In this document: positions 35,693-47,827 of the stretch, in pieces
Position numbering within the stretch: the first letter of the stretch is position 1
Layout of the letters: every line of letters begins with the position of its first letter
Assembly (NCBI GenBank): GCA_026914245.1
Contig: CP110440.1
Span: forward strand, 3,906,001 to 3,970,000
DNA length: 64,000 bases
Direction: 5' to 3'
DNA from: Puccinia triticina
Lineage: Eukaryota
Notes under the pieces: generated by a model
Told to the model about the DNA's origin: nothing
Databases searched by the model: none
Seen by the model: the letters and a program-made list of their open reading frames with translations, nothing else
Made by a program: the position numbers and the translations under genes

Positions 35693-36691
35693 CACTCTTC
35701 ATGTAAGCTAAACATCAGCAAGATTGAAATAAAGTTTATCCCATTGTGCCAGCCAATTTGGCTGGGAAAGTATACTGATGTATATCTCTCACCATGGTCA
35801 TAGATTTCTTACGTTATGGAGCTCCGTCCGGTGCTAGGCCGGCGGCAGCGCTGGGAGGGGAAAAAGATGCCTGGTGGCTGCCCTCTCGGATCGGTCCCGA
35901 AGGAGTCGTACGGATTCGAATTTGATAGCTTGTGGTTGGGTGATTTTGAGAGTTCGCCGAGGGTTGGATTCTCGGCGGCGGTTTTGTTGAGGATTCTGGG
36001 ATGGTTGAAGGGTTAGTCGAAGGGGGAGGGGAATTCGTAAGACTCTTGACTCTTGATTCTAGACTTCCGGACTCGAGATGGCGGATCAGAATGCCATGGC
36101 CTCCCTTCCTCCAAGTTCCGCGAACTTGGACTCAGGGAGACACATGTCACATGTATTTCATCATCTCCTTGCGCGCCACGCGCGCACACAACACAACACA
36201 ACACGGAGAGAAAAGAAAAAGAAAAACAAAACAGAACAAAAAAAAAGAAAGCAAAACAAAATAGCAAAACTCAGCAGAGAGAAAGATAGAGGAGGAAGGA
36301 AAAAAAAAAAAAAAAAAAAAAACCACAGCCTAGAATATGAGGAAGAAAAGCCACAAACCAGAGAGAGGAAAGAGAAAAGCAGATCAAAACAAAGAAAACA
36401 GGAATAAACCCACAGCACAAGCTGTGTTAGGACCATGAAAAATAAACAGAGGGTGACTAGAGGGAAGAGGGATAAGATGGAAAGGAGTGAGGAAGGGGAG
36501 GAGAGAAAAGGGCCCAGACAGGAAATATGAAGGAGGAACAAAATGGGGGAAAGGAAGCTGGAGGTGGAAACTGAAGCTTGAGGATTGAGCCTTGAGGGTC
36601 TTGAACTGTGAGTCTTGATGTGAGCGCCGGTGAGCTTTGAGAACTGAAAATTGATTTGACTACCGGGTTGACCACCACAACGTGAACAGTG
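35693..36691. mobile_element. CACTG-ended MITE split by a solo LTR
   Basis: Two halves reconstitute the intact copy at 45170-45298. Confidence 0.8.
35815..36679 (-). mobile_element. Solo LTR, diverged relative of the 4791 element
   Basis: Starts tatgga, ends ccaca, shares cctccaagttc..gaacttgga.tcagg hairpin and A-rich tract; 4-bp TSD acgt. Confidence 0.85.
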
Positions 36692-36929
36692 GTAATTTAG
36701 TGAGTTGGGCGAGTTTTTGGGGTCCAACGGACTCGCTATACAACTCGCCAAACGCCTCCTGAGTCGCCTCAACTTGCCACAGCCCTCCACTTGTGGCGAG
36801 TCTGCTCCAACTCAACACTTGCCTCGTGGACCACACCTTGCACCAGCTCGCGACCCACGCACACCTATACCGCACGCCACCTCACCTACTGGCTGATCCT
36901 CTTTTCATTCAATTGGATCTCGCTGCCGA

Positions 36930-37270
36930 CAACCAATCATCAATAGGATGACTGGGCATTGATGCCCATGACCGGTCATTGAGACCGATCACCGGGAATC
37001 AAGACTGATGACCGTTCATTGAAACCAATTACCGGGCATCAAGACTGATTGATGACCGGTCATCAAGACCAATGACCAAGGATCGAGACGGATGACCGGT
37101 CATCAGAGCCAAAGCCCAGGCATCAAGACTGATGGCCGGTCATCAAGACCAAAGACCGGGCATCAAGACTGATGACCGGTCATCAAGACCAATGACCGTG
37201 CATCGAGAATGATGACCATGACTGGATGCCCTATCAATGACCGGGCATGATGCACATGGCCGGGCATTGA
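36930..37270. repeat. ~19-20 bp degenerate tandem array (gaccgatgaccggtcatcaa)
   Basis: Repeated gatgaccggtcatc core, also seen at 15430-15630, 20330-21500 and 55960-56070. Confidence 0.7.
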
Positions 37271-40104
37271 GAGGATGTCCGGCGGGTGTTCAAAAATTGG
37301 AAGGATGACCAGGAGCTGCTCATCTGTCTGTGTGGCTCGACGGGCAAGTTGTGGTATTGCCAACAACAAGTTGGTCCAGCCTCTTGTTGGCTCTTGATTT
37401 CTGGCAAGTCCACTGTGGACCAAGCCTGGGATACCCCGTTACATGTGGTCCAGGGCCGCAACCCAGGGTCTGCGCGATCCAGGGACTGTTGGAGATTCTC
37501 TTACAATAGTGATAAAAATACTGCATATTTCCACTTACAATGAAATCATTCTCTTTTTTTTTTGAATTAGGCAGAAATGTTGATAGAAGCATGACTAATT
37601 TTAGTGTCTTTCTCCCTAAAAAAACTCTATCATGCTTGTGGGTATTCATTAATTCCATGGGGTGGTGTGTTCTTGGGGGAGCTATGCTTGCCAGGTTGGG
37701 ACTGGAAGCTATTTAACCTGGATGAGAAAGTAACATGACACTGGTTTTGCAGCAGCAAAGCTGCCTTGGCATTAGTCTCCTACTAAGGTACACATTGTGA
37801 AAATTTATAACTCTTCACAGAGGCAGCCAAAGCCCGCCAAAATTTTACAGCAGTCAGGAGTTCCTCTTAGGAGCACATGATGAGCTGCACGGCATTAGCC
37901 AACCTCATTAAATGTGTACTTTGCTGGATTTCCTACTAAGGATATCCGCCAGAACCTTAGCTAAACCTTATCTACAGTGCTAAAAATGCCCCAAATTTTC
38001 ATAGCACAGAGTTCAATGAACCCTATCAGATTGTTCAGCTTCTGGGCAGTACTCCACTAACCAAAATTAATTTTGAGGGGGTGCTGGGTTTGGGTCATAT
38101 CTGCTACTAAGGTAAAACTCTTTCATGGTATTTTATACTAGCATTGAATCAACAGTGAAACTGCTGCACTGCGCTGGAATCAGAGGCACTTTTAGCGCAG
38201 CACAGCGGTCTACCGCTGATCCTCCAACCAGATCAGCATTAGCGCAGACCTGGCTGGAGCGCTGCACTAACACTGAATTCAGTGGTTTGCCTCGGACTCC
38301 TGCTGTTGATCAGCGTTAGCGCAGCGCCGCTGAAGGGCGTTAACACTGAAAATCAGCGCAGCGCAGCGGAATGACCGCTGAATTACTGCTGTGCGTCTGG
38401 TGGGTGATTGCTTGTGGGAGTCAATGGCGGCTCCCACGGGATGGTTTCAGGGGACTGACTCCCGTCCTGACGCATGGAATTGTGGCCCCAACTCCCCCCC
38501 GCGGATGCGGAAAATAATCAGGCTTATTTATGGGAATTAAATCCCCAACTCCCAAACTTGTTGACAAAATTAGAGGTCTGACTCCCAAAAATTGCCCGGG
38601 TCAATTTTTGGTCTCCGGGACCCGGGCCTGACGCTGATTTTTGGCCCTTGCAACGTAAACAACTTTTGGGAGTCGGAACTTGAATTTTTGGGAGTCAATT
38701 AATCAACCCCCATTTGAAATTTGAGGAGATGGTTGGGAGATTGGGGTAGATAGTGGATATATATTGGATAGATGGTGGGTAGCTGGCTGGAGCTGGTGTG
38801 ATGTCACTTGTCATCAACTGACTATTTTATTTTCCTGGTGCTTCAATAAGTTTATGTTGGGCTGAATGAGTGCAAACCTCAATTGAAGCCTTAACTGAGC
38901 TCACTAAGCACCAACCCAAAAATTTCCAGACTGTATACAGATCAATTCTGCTCAGTTTGTGATTTTTTTGCTGAAAATGCCGATCAGTATAGCTGAATTT
39001 TTACTCACGGCATATTTTTTGCATAAATTGGTTACCAATTCTCCCTGCCAAAAGGTCCTTTTTTCCTTGAGAATAATTGCAAAACATCAAATTTTAGTGT
39101 AGTTTTAGATTTTTTATGCTACACCACGGTGGTGCTCTTGTTGGCTGCTGGAATTGCCTACTAAAGCTACAAAAAAAGCACAAACAAAGTGCTAGCGTAG
39201 CATGAGTGGTTGTTTTTTAACAGCTGCTAACACTGCAGTTTTTCATGGGTAGCATTAGCTTTGAATAAAGCTGTGCTTATATTAGTGTGGTTTTGTCTAT
39301 GCTAACGCCTCCTGGGCACAAAACTGGGCAGAAAAAGTCCACTTTTTTCCCCGTGCAACTACAGGGATAAAAGTGGGCAGAAATTACAGGCCAGTTTTTT
39401 TCTGTAGTCACAAAATACAGGGAAAAAACTGGCCTGCTGTTTCTGCCTGGTTCCTTGGGCCCTAGCGTAGTGGTGAATTGATTGCGCTACACTACTGGAG
39501 GAGGGGGGAAATCTGTTAGCGGCCAATCTGCTACACTATCTGTTGGTGTAGCAAATTGTTTTCTACCCTAGCACTAAAAAAATTGTCAGTGCAGAAACAA
39601 CAAGCTACACTACATTTTTAGTCTAGCAGAGTAAAATCCTGCCCAAGAAAAAAAACACCGCTATGCTAACACTCAGCGCTCATATAGCGTAGTGGCCTAC
39701 TGCTGATTCCACTACGTGAGTTAATTGATTTTTTCATCTTTTTGATGAAATTTCATTTAATATTTTAGGACTTGAGCCCTGATTTAAGGTTTTTGTAAAT
39801 GTATTCTGATGGCTGGAACTCAACCAATTGTGCATTTTACATTTTTTGTTACGCAGCGCAGCCACAATTTCCCTAGTCTATGTAAAAAGTGTAGTTTGTG
39901 GTTTTAAAAAAAACTTAGTAGACAGATTTGTAGCCTTCTATCTCAGCTTTCATCCCTTATTTTCTTAGCTTACTTCCCCTCATAGTTAATAGCCCCATCC
40001 ACCTACTGTGGACTGGTTCTGAAGGGGTCTTCCGGGCATTTTTGAGCTCAAAATTTGAAATTCCCTGAGCTTGCGCGGACTAAAAGCAACAATGGGCTTT
40101 TAAT

Positions 40105-40703
40105 ACACTCCCCTCAATCGCTGCAACGGACCCGGTCATTGAGGGAAGCATGTACTCCACTCAATGACTGGGACAGAGTGTCCATTGAGAGGAGTACATA
40201 ATCCCCTTGATGACTGGTAATTTGTGCCACATGCACACATGTGCTGGACAGTCATTGAGGGAGTGTGTAACTCCGCTTGATGGCATGTGCTGGCCATTGG
40301 CAAAGCGGCTGGGGGTAAGCCGGGCCCAGAGCTGCTTCCCCCCAAAATTTCTTTTCAAGCCTTAAGGTTTGGCAGGTGAAAAGTCCCCAGAGTGGGCTAT
40401 GGGGTAGCAGGTGCCTTTTTTTTTGATTAATATTATAGGCCCCGTTTGGCTTCCGCATTATATGTCATAAATGGTCGAATTTATGACGCGCAACCCCCGG
40501 GGGTTTCAAAGTTTTGGTGGCAACGGGGGGCAAACTTTGGGTTGTGGCGTCATAAATTCAACCATTTATGACGTATAACGCGGCAGCCAAACGGGGCCAT
40601 AATTTTTTTTACATCATAAGGACACCTCTAAAAAATCCAAATGTCAGAAGATGGTCAATTCTGTGCGCAAAGAGTTTCTTGATGCTGCACAAAGTAGGTC
40701 TGT
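40105..40703 (-). mobile_element. Decayed copy of the left arm of the 19900 foldback element
   Basis: Ends gctgcacaaagtaggtctgta, the reverse complement of the 19898 start; colinear similarity to 20100-20450. Confidence 0.7.
40438..40598. mobile_element. Tourist-like (PIF/Harbinger) MITE, 161 bp
   Basis: ~52-bp TIRs beginning ggccccgtttgg, the same as the Harbinger at 16588; 3-bp TSD ATA. Confidence 0.88.
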
Positions 40704-40827
40704 ATTTTGATTACTAAACAGCAGTAAATACATCAAAAGAAAAGTTTCAATTTTGGAGAGGGTCATGAGAATTCATGGAAAATTCAAAACAGAGATAGTG
40801 ATCCATATCTATGGACAAGAAAACAAG

Positions 40828-42422
40828 CTATTCCATGTTTATGTTTGGTATAAATGTGGCTGTAATACATACCTCTTGTGAGGTTCCAGCCCACTTGGTT
40901 TTCCTAAAATTCCACAAAGATCTTTGAAAATATTTTAAGATAAAGAGACAATTAATAAGCTCAGACAGACACAAAAATTGGACCAGTAATTGTGAGTTTG
41001 GTTTTAGGAGGAAAAGTTTCTCACCTTCTGCCAGTAGCTCATAATGTGAACCTTTTAAAAATAGTGCCTCAAACTCATTGGAGGATTCATCAGTTTGGTG
41101 AACATCAATATGCACCAATGAGGGGACGTGATTGGGATTATCAATTACAACAATAAGATTTTTCTGATAGAGCCTTAAGAAGGCAGATATTTCCACAGGA
41201 CCACCCCATGCTCCATCCTCTAAATCTTTGAGATGTTTCTGCAATCTTACATTTGGATCTTCATCTCCTTCTATATAGCCTTGAAATTCCCGGGGGTTCT
41301 TTTTCATGAATTCAATTATTTCTTCCCTGATTACCCCATGCATTCCTTGATCTTTGTGGATGAAGTGTGCAAATGCTCTAAACATGCAGTTTCCATCTGG
41401 TACTATGAATCTTTTTGTTACTGCATAGCCTGGGAGGTATTTGATAGAACACCATCTGGCATATTCAGGCAGGTTAGTTTTTATTTTTTTGCTATTCAAC
41501 TTGTGCACTGCACTGTGGGTACTTTCTTGCTGTGATTTTGGCTGCAGATATGAGTCTGAATAATGGTCTGAACTGAAGCTTCCATGATCCAAAAAATCTT
41601 GGTGAAGAAAAATAAGGAGGATTACCCAATTCCTCTCCCTCCTTTCTGGGGTTTGGAGGACTGTGGGAAGCACTGGCCACATTTATTGCCTTGGATTTTT
41701 GTTCTTGGATCACTTGTATATCATTGAAGGATTGTGATTGGGATACTTGGTCTGACTTGATGGGTTGCCCCTTGGCTAATTTTTTGCCTTCATTGGAGAT
41801 CCTGGTGATAAATTGTTGAATTGAGGCGCTTTTACTGATTCTGGTACTTTGATTCTTCCTTCTGATGCTATTTTGGTAAAGAAAAAAAAAGAGAAAGAAA
41901 AATGAGCAATTCTTACTTGAGGAGTAGGGTCAGTTGGAATTCCATCACAAGATTAAAAATCAATAACATGAGACTTGCAATTACTTTTTGATCACCAATT
42001 TAACTTATTTTTCCAATTTGAATAATATTTAGACTTTCTAGGATATTTTGAGATCAGGTGGTTGTGCAATTTTTACTAAGGTATAATCGATGACTGGGTG
42101 TTGAGCTGCTGGATGAGGGTGTGCTCCAGTTTGATCTGGGGAATGATTTTGGTCCAATTTCTGATGAGTGACTGAAACATCACTTGCATCAATGCTGACA
42201 CTTTTTTCCACATTCAAGTTATTCTTCACTGTACTTGGAAGTTGGAGTACATTCTAATTTGCTGTTGGGGGGTTCCAGTTTTTTAGGGTACATTGATCCC
42301 TGTGCTTCAATGATAAGTAATGCAAAGCACACCACAAAGATTTTTTTTAAAGAACTGGGGTGATGGGAGCTGATGGAGGTTTGATGCAAAGAATGATTGT
42401 TTAACTTTTGGCTGTTCTTCAT
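40828..42422 (-). pseudogene. OTU-family cysteine protease (deubiquitinase-like) with N-terminal hydrophobic segment; probably disrupted
   Basis: PDGNCMFRAF, WGGPVEISAF and SHYELL motifs; upstream fragment IFVVCFALLIIEAQG; frame breaks near 42225 and 42040. Confidence 0.65.
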
Positions 42423-44149
42423 ATTTTGTTGATCTAATATTGATCAAGAGTGGAAGTTGGTTAGATTTTGTGCAAGAAGGCTGTTTGAGGTTAAAATATG
42501 AGATCCCAACAATGTGAGTACAAATAATTAAGGAGATTAAAAGAAGTGAGAAATGGTGTATAGTTTCTTTGTGATGTATGTCACGCTGGAGAATCAATCA
42601 TGGATGAGGCAGCACATCAAAAGGTGTTTGGCAGATATGTATAAGTGTTTCTTCACATTCTGTATACCCAAGAGTAAGGTATGGATGTACAATTTCACAC
42701 TGAAAAAACTGTGAATTGTGCTAAACCAAATTTGAGAGTTCCCCAATGTGGGTATCTGAAACTTGTGAGATTACACGCCTAGGTGAACGGCCACAAACTC
42801 ATAAATTGAGCAAGCGGCCGGGAACTCAATCAGCTGCGGAAAATGGTAAGCAAAGCAAACCAGATTCCGCAGTCCAAAAATCAGCTCCGCGGGGTCATAA
42901 AACTGACTCATCAAAATTTGATGCATGCAGGTCCGGCCTCAGCGCAGAGCAAAATCAAGCTTGCGGTAAATCCCAAGCCACAGTCCCTTAAAGCGAGAAT
43001 AACATTGCCCACCAAAGGTGAGCAAAAGATGATTTAGCTTTAACACTAACGAGTCGAGCGCTAACGCCTCAATCCTCTCTTCTAGACAAAGTCAAAAAGA
43101 TAAAGACCACTCATACCAATCCTGCACAAAGTGAAGAGGAAGAAGTCGGTGAGTAAAGGTTTCTGTAACTCAGCAAAAGAAACAAAGCACTAAAAGAGGA
43201 TTGCATAAACGTTTCATAGATAATGTTGCGCTATTCCTTGGCCGTTTTGCTGAGAACCAATCAAACGGACCATAATACTTGCAGGCTCAAAGAGCGTAAG
43301 AAAAGACTTAAAGAGAACTGAAACTTCCAAATGAAGATTAAGCTAACTGAGGTTTACAACACACAGATTTCTAAGACGACATACGCGGAACCCTTGCTGC
43401 TTTCATATTCATTCCATTTATCTCTCAAACAGTCAAGAGCGGCACACTCGCTTGCTCCTAGGTAAATAAAGGATACATTTCCTTTGATTCATCATAAGTT
43501 AGAAAAATCTTGTTAAATAGTTACAGATTCTAATCTAGAGAAATGAACTCCTAGTCCTTTGTATTCTTTCAAAACTGAGGTTCTTTTTTGGAGGGGGTTG
43601 TGAATGTTGGCTCCCCACATCAGACTCCACACCAGAATAAACAAGTTTTCACTTGATGTGAGAATGTGCTACTTTGGGTGCAGCTAAATTTATGCTCCTC
43701 TTGTGCTGCTGACAGACTCTTTGTCATCTGCAGGGGAATAATATTGGGGCAGAAGCTGGATAGCAGGCTCAGCAGAGCTTGGCCTGTTTTAATCTAGTGA
43801 AACTTCATTTTTCCTGGTGTGTGACTTGCTATAAAAATATTATTTGTATGTAACACTAAAACATTTGCCAGCTACCTACCCTGTCAGTCTTGAAATAATT
43901 CCACATACAGAATTCTAAACTGTGGGTGTGGTTTTGTCAGCCTTGGTGAGACAATCCAGATACGCAGGCCACAAAACAGTTTATAAAACCACACCAATAG
44001 AGGTGTACCTGCAACGGCTGACAGGTACCTGCTGAAGAGTGATGTGTGCCAATTTAATCTCTACCCTACAATAATCTGCGACCAGAAAAAAATGACATGA
44101 ATACAGGTGAAACAGCTCAGCTTTGGGGTTTTTAGCTCCAGCACTCCTC

Positions 44150-44500
44150 TGTGAAGCCCTCGCGCGCAGCAAGGTTTCACAGGGCCAAAGGCCCTGTTGT
44201 ATTCAGATCAACACCTGCTTCCACGTCCTAGCCGGCAGAGATCCTTGTTTCCGTATCTCTACTGGCTATGCAAGCTATATCATTCTCTTTCCACTTTTCC
44301 TTCTTCCCTCTCACCTTCCTCCTCATCTTTTTTCCTTAAAAGTTGTATTCATGAGAGATCCTTGTTTCCCTATCTCTCCCAGCTACATAGCCATTGCCAC
44401 TTGCAATTTAGAGACACATGAACTAGACCTTGTCTGCCTCTGAGGCTTGTCCTGTGTCCCTACCATGGACCAGTGAAGGACTCAATCCTGAGCCCTTACA
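44150..44500. mobile_element. Solo LTR
   Basis: TG...CA ends, 5-bp TSD tcctc/tcctt, internal repeat agagatccttgtttcc. Confidence 0.6.
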
Positions 44501-44644
44501 TCCTTGGCCCAACAAATGTATGGGGCTTACTGGCAGCTCAGTGCTCTTTGTGAAACACACCATTTGACAGGGTGGTGTACATAATTAGCCACATGTTAAC
44601 AATGGTGCATAGTGAATATTGGTTTGGACATTTATTGAGAACTG

Positions 44645-44860
44645 CACTGCCAGCATGTTTGGCTGGGATGATGTCATCCCAGTTTGACTGGGATGCACTC
44701 AGCCAATTTGAAATGGGTTAATCTCATCCAATGAATTATAAAATCAAGGGGGGTACCTTGGATTTATATTTCATCAGTTGAGATCAACTAAGTTTAAATT
44801 GGTTGAGTTCATCCCAGTTTAACTGGGATAACCTCAACCCAGCCAATTATGCTGGCAGTG
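44645..44860. mobile_element. CACTG-ended palindromic MITE
   Basis: cactgccagcat..ttggctggg / cccagccaa..atgctggcagtg. Confidence 0.65.
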
Positions 44861-45169
44861 AGCTGGCAATCTCAAGGCTATGATATTTTGATGTGTCAAA
44901 AGATGAAGGGGAAATGGGGTGTCACCACTGAAACCATTTGATACATGTAGCATAAGGGCCATTAAAGTATATTGTAATTGGACACCAACACATACTTTTC
45001 CAAAAAAAAGTGTGTAGTGCATACACTACTGGCTGCTACCAATATGGTTAGTGTGATAGTTTCAGTGTTGATAGGATTAATTTTGTCTCTTGGAGTCTTT
45101 TTCATCTCATGGGCAGCATAGCAACAGAAAAAGTATGTATGGGAGAGAGTGTGTAAAGTGAGAAACTAG

Positions 45170-45298
45170 CACTGTTCACGTAAGCTAAACATCAGCAAGA
45201 TTGAAATAAAGTTTATCCCATTTTGCCAGCCAATTTGGCTGGGAAAGTATGCTGATGTATCTCTCTCACATGGTCATAGATTTCTTACGTGAACAGTG
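45170..45298. mobile_element. CACTG-ended MITE (129 bp), intact copy
   Basis: Perfect 15-bp TIR cactgttcacgtaag; second copy at 35693. Confidence 0.8.
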
Positions 45299-45648
45299 CT
45301 ACTCTATACAAGCATACTGATGTGCCAATGATGAAGGAGGATGTCAAGATAGAAAGGGGTTTACTGTAGATTGGATGACTTCATGTCAAGTCTGCCTCCA
45401 ATTTACACACCCAAACTCTTAATATTCAGGACAAAGGACAATGTTTTTCCAAGCCTGTAGTTCATTGCTTCTATGTTTTCATGAGGTTTGGGTAGAGAGC
45501 CATCTAGCGCGCTCTACATGCTGATCTGCTGGGCCCGGGCCCGTCCGCGGCGCGGCAGGCTGTCACAGTCCTGTCACCCACTGCGCCCCCCACCGGCCGC
45601 CTCCTCCGCCGGGGTCGGCCCACGCACAACCACCGGGCACTTCGACAA

Positions 45649-47517
45649 ATGACCGCCGACGAGCAGCCGCCCCGAGCGGGGACGATCACGGCGCCCGACC
45701 TGGCCCTCCTGCGCCGCCTGGCCCTCGGCCCCGGCGGGTTCTCCCAGCCGGCAGCCCTCCTCGCCCGGCTCCGACAGCTCCTCGCCGACTCGCCCCAGCT
45801 CGAGCCGCCGTCCACGACCCTGCTCGAGGCGCTCGACCCCGCCGTCTGCCATCGCAAGCTGCTCTGGTCTGTCCGTCTCCTCTCCTCTCTCACACGCTCG
45901 GAATCGATGGCTGATGCTTGGCCGGGCGTGCAGGTCGCTCGTGCTCGGCGTCCCTCTCCATGCGTCGTGAGCCGCCCCCTGCTCCTCCCTCTGTAGATCC
46001 GAACATATAGGTCCATCAGGAAACCCCGCCCAGGGGCCCCGATGAGCCCTGCACAGCCCGGCGCTTACCGCCCAGCCTTTCCTCTTTTTCTGATGGGAGC
46101 AGCAGGAAGAAGGAGGAAGAAGAGGCCGCCGGGGAGACGACGGCGGAGGCGCATCGCGATGAGCGGCAGGTCGAGCTGGACATCAACCGCTCCTTCGTGT
46201 ACTATCCCCAACGTGAGCACCCGCCGGGCTTCCTGATCGACGCTGTTATCGAGCTGAGGACGACCGGGCAAGGGTTTGCAGATATCTCGGCGCCCGTGAA
46301 GCAGGAGCTGCGCGCCACGCTGAGCCGGGTCATCGTCACGATCCTGCGCCGGTTCCCGAAGCTGAACTACTTCCAGGGCTACCACGACATCGTCTCGATC
46401 TTCCTGCTCAACTTCCTCGCCCTGGACCCCGACCAGGCGAGCGGCGCTCTGGACGGGCCGGCGCGAGATGAGGACCTGTGGCTGTTGGAGGAAACCGTGC
46501 AGAAGTTCACCCTGCACCGGATCCGGGACAGCTTGACGAGCGACCTCTCGCCGATCATGGGCTATCTAAGGTCCGCCCTCTCTCCCCTTGTGGTGGCAAG
46601 CGGAGTGTTGCTGATGAGGGAGTGTATGTTGGGACAGATACACGCAGGTGCTGCTAGAGCAGGAGGACCCGGGGCTCGCGGCGCTGATCTCGCAGAGCTC
46701 GAGTCTGCCGCTGTTCTCGCTGTCGTGGATCCTGACGCTGACGGCGCACGACCTGCGGAGCCTGGGGGTGGTCTCGCGGGTGTTCGACTTCCTGCTGTGC
46801 CACCCGCCGGTGATGATCTGCTACCTGGCCTGTGCGATCTGTCTCAGCAAGACGGCCGAGGTGGCCGGGCTGGTCCGGGAGGCCGAGGCCGAGGGCGGCC
46901 CCGTCGACCTCGACCTCGTCCACCTGCGCATGGCCGCCTTGCCCCCGTTGACGATGGACGACGGCGACGATGGGCCGGGAAAGGAAGAGGCGGACGAGCG
47001 AGGGTCGGCGGACGTGGATGGCCCCGCCGAGGAGCCACGGGCCGGGGAGGAGGAGGACCGGGGCCTGCCGGTGGACGCGCTGCTCCGGTCGACCCTGGCG
47101 CTGTACGGGCGGCACCGGCCGGGCGAGGCGCGGCTCAAGCTGGCGACGATCATGGGGCCGATGAGCTGCATCCACACCTGGCCGGCGTCGCAGACGGGGC
47201 GGCTGACGGACGCCGAGGCGCACGCCATCCTCGGCCTGCCGCTCGCCCAGATCGTCCGGCCGCCCGCGCCGCGCCGGAGCCGCGGCCGGGCGCGCACGAC
47301 GCTCCGCCGGTCCCTCGCCGCGCTCTTCTCCCCCCGCAGCCGGCCCCAGATCCTGCTCCTCTCCTCCTCCGTCCTCGTCGCCGTCCTCGCGCTCAGGCTC
47401 TGCACGCTGCCGGCTTCTGGCCCGGGCTCGCTCCTCTCCCGCCTCCTGTTCCCCAGACCGTCCTTTGTGGTCTCGCTGCAGGACAGGCTCTCAGCCTCGC
47501 TCTTCGTTGCCAAATAA
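45649..47517 (+). CDS. GYP8: TBC-domain Rab GTPase-activating protein, GYP8/TBC1D20-like (multi-exon)
   Basis: LALGPGGF, DERQVELDINRSF (R finger), YFQGYHDIVSIF (Q finger), LSWILT, VFDFLL, C-terminal hydrophobic anchor; GT-AG introns. Confidence 0.8.
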
Positions 47518-47766
47518 AAAAACATGCATAGCTTTCTATCCTTTGTTTCGATGTTCCTGTCTTTGTTTGTACGCACCCTCCATGGGCCATGTAATTGTTG
47601 CGATGGAGAACAAAGGTCGCCAGGGCGGGTGGTTGGGATGCACATGCATATTTATGTCCTGTATCGGCTGTTTTTGTTTTTGTTTGTGTTTTGCGGGTGG
47701 GAGAGTATGCAGACAAAGGGAGATGCCCATCCGCACACACCCCAGCCAACAACCACCATCCCACCC

Positions 47767-47795
47767 ATGACCACCCAAACAGCCAACACCCCCAC

Positions 47796-47827
<32 letters not shown>

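Larger units (their letters stand above)
32176..38711. mobile_element. Mutator-like non-autonomous element
   Basis: ~165-bp TIRs starting GGGGGTTGATT (32176-32342 / 38545-38711); AT-rich 8-9 bp TSD ttttgaaa/atttgaaa. Confidence 0.7.
31390..38840. mobile_element. CACCA-ended inverted-repeat pair, CACTA/CMC-like, with nested insertions
   Basis: ~45-bp imperfect TIR caccaggaaaa...gtgacatgacac at 31390 and inverted ending at 38840; gctgatgctcagc arrays at 31540-32150; no TSD seen. Confidence 0.5.

Noticed and set aside
42746..43620. Possible solo LTR (tgtggg...cccaca)
   Set aside because: No TSD and no homolog in the window
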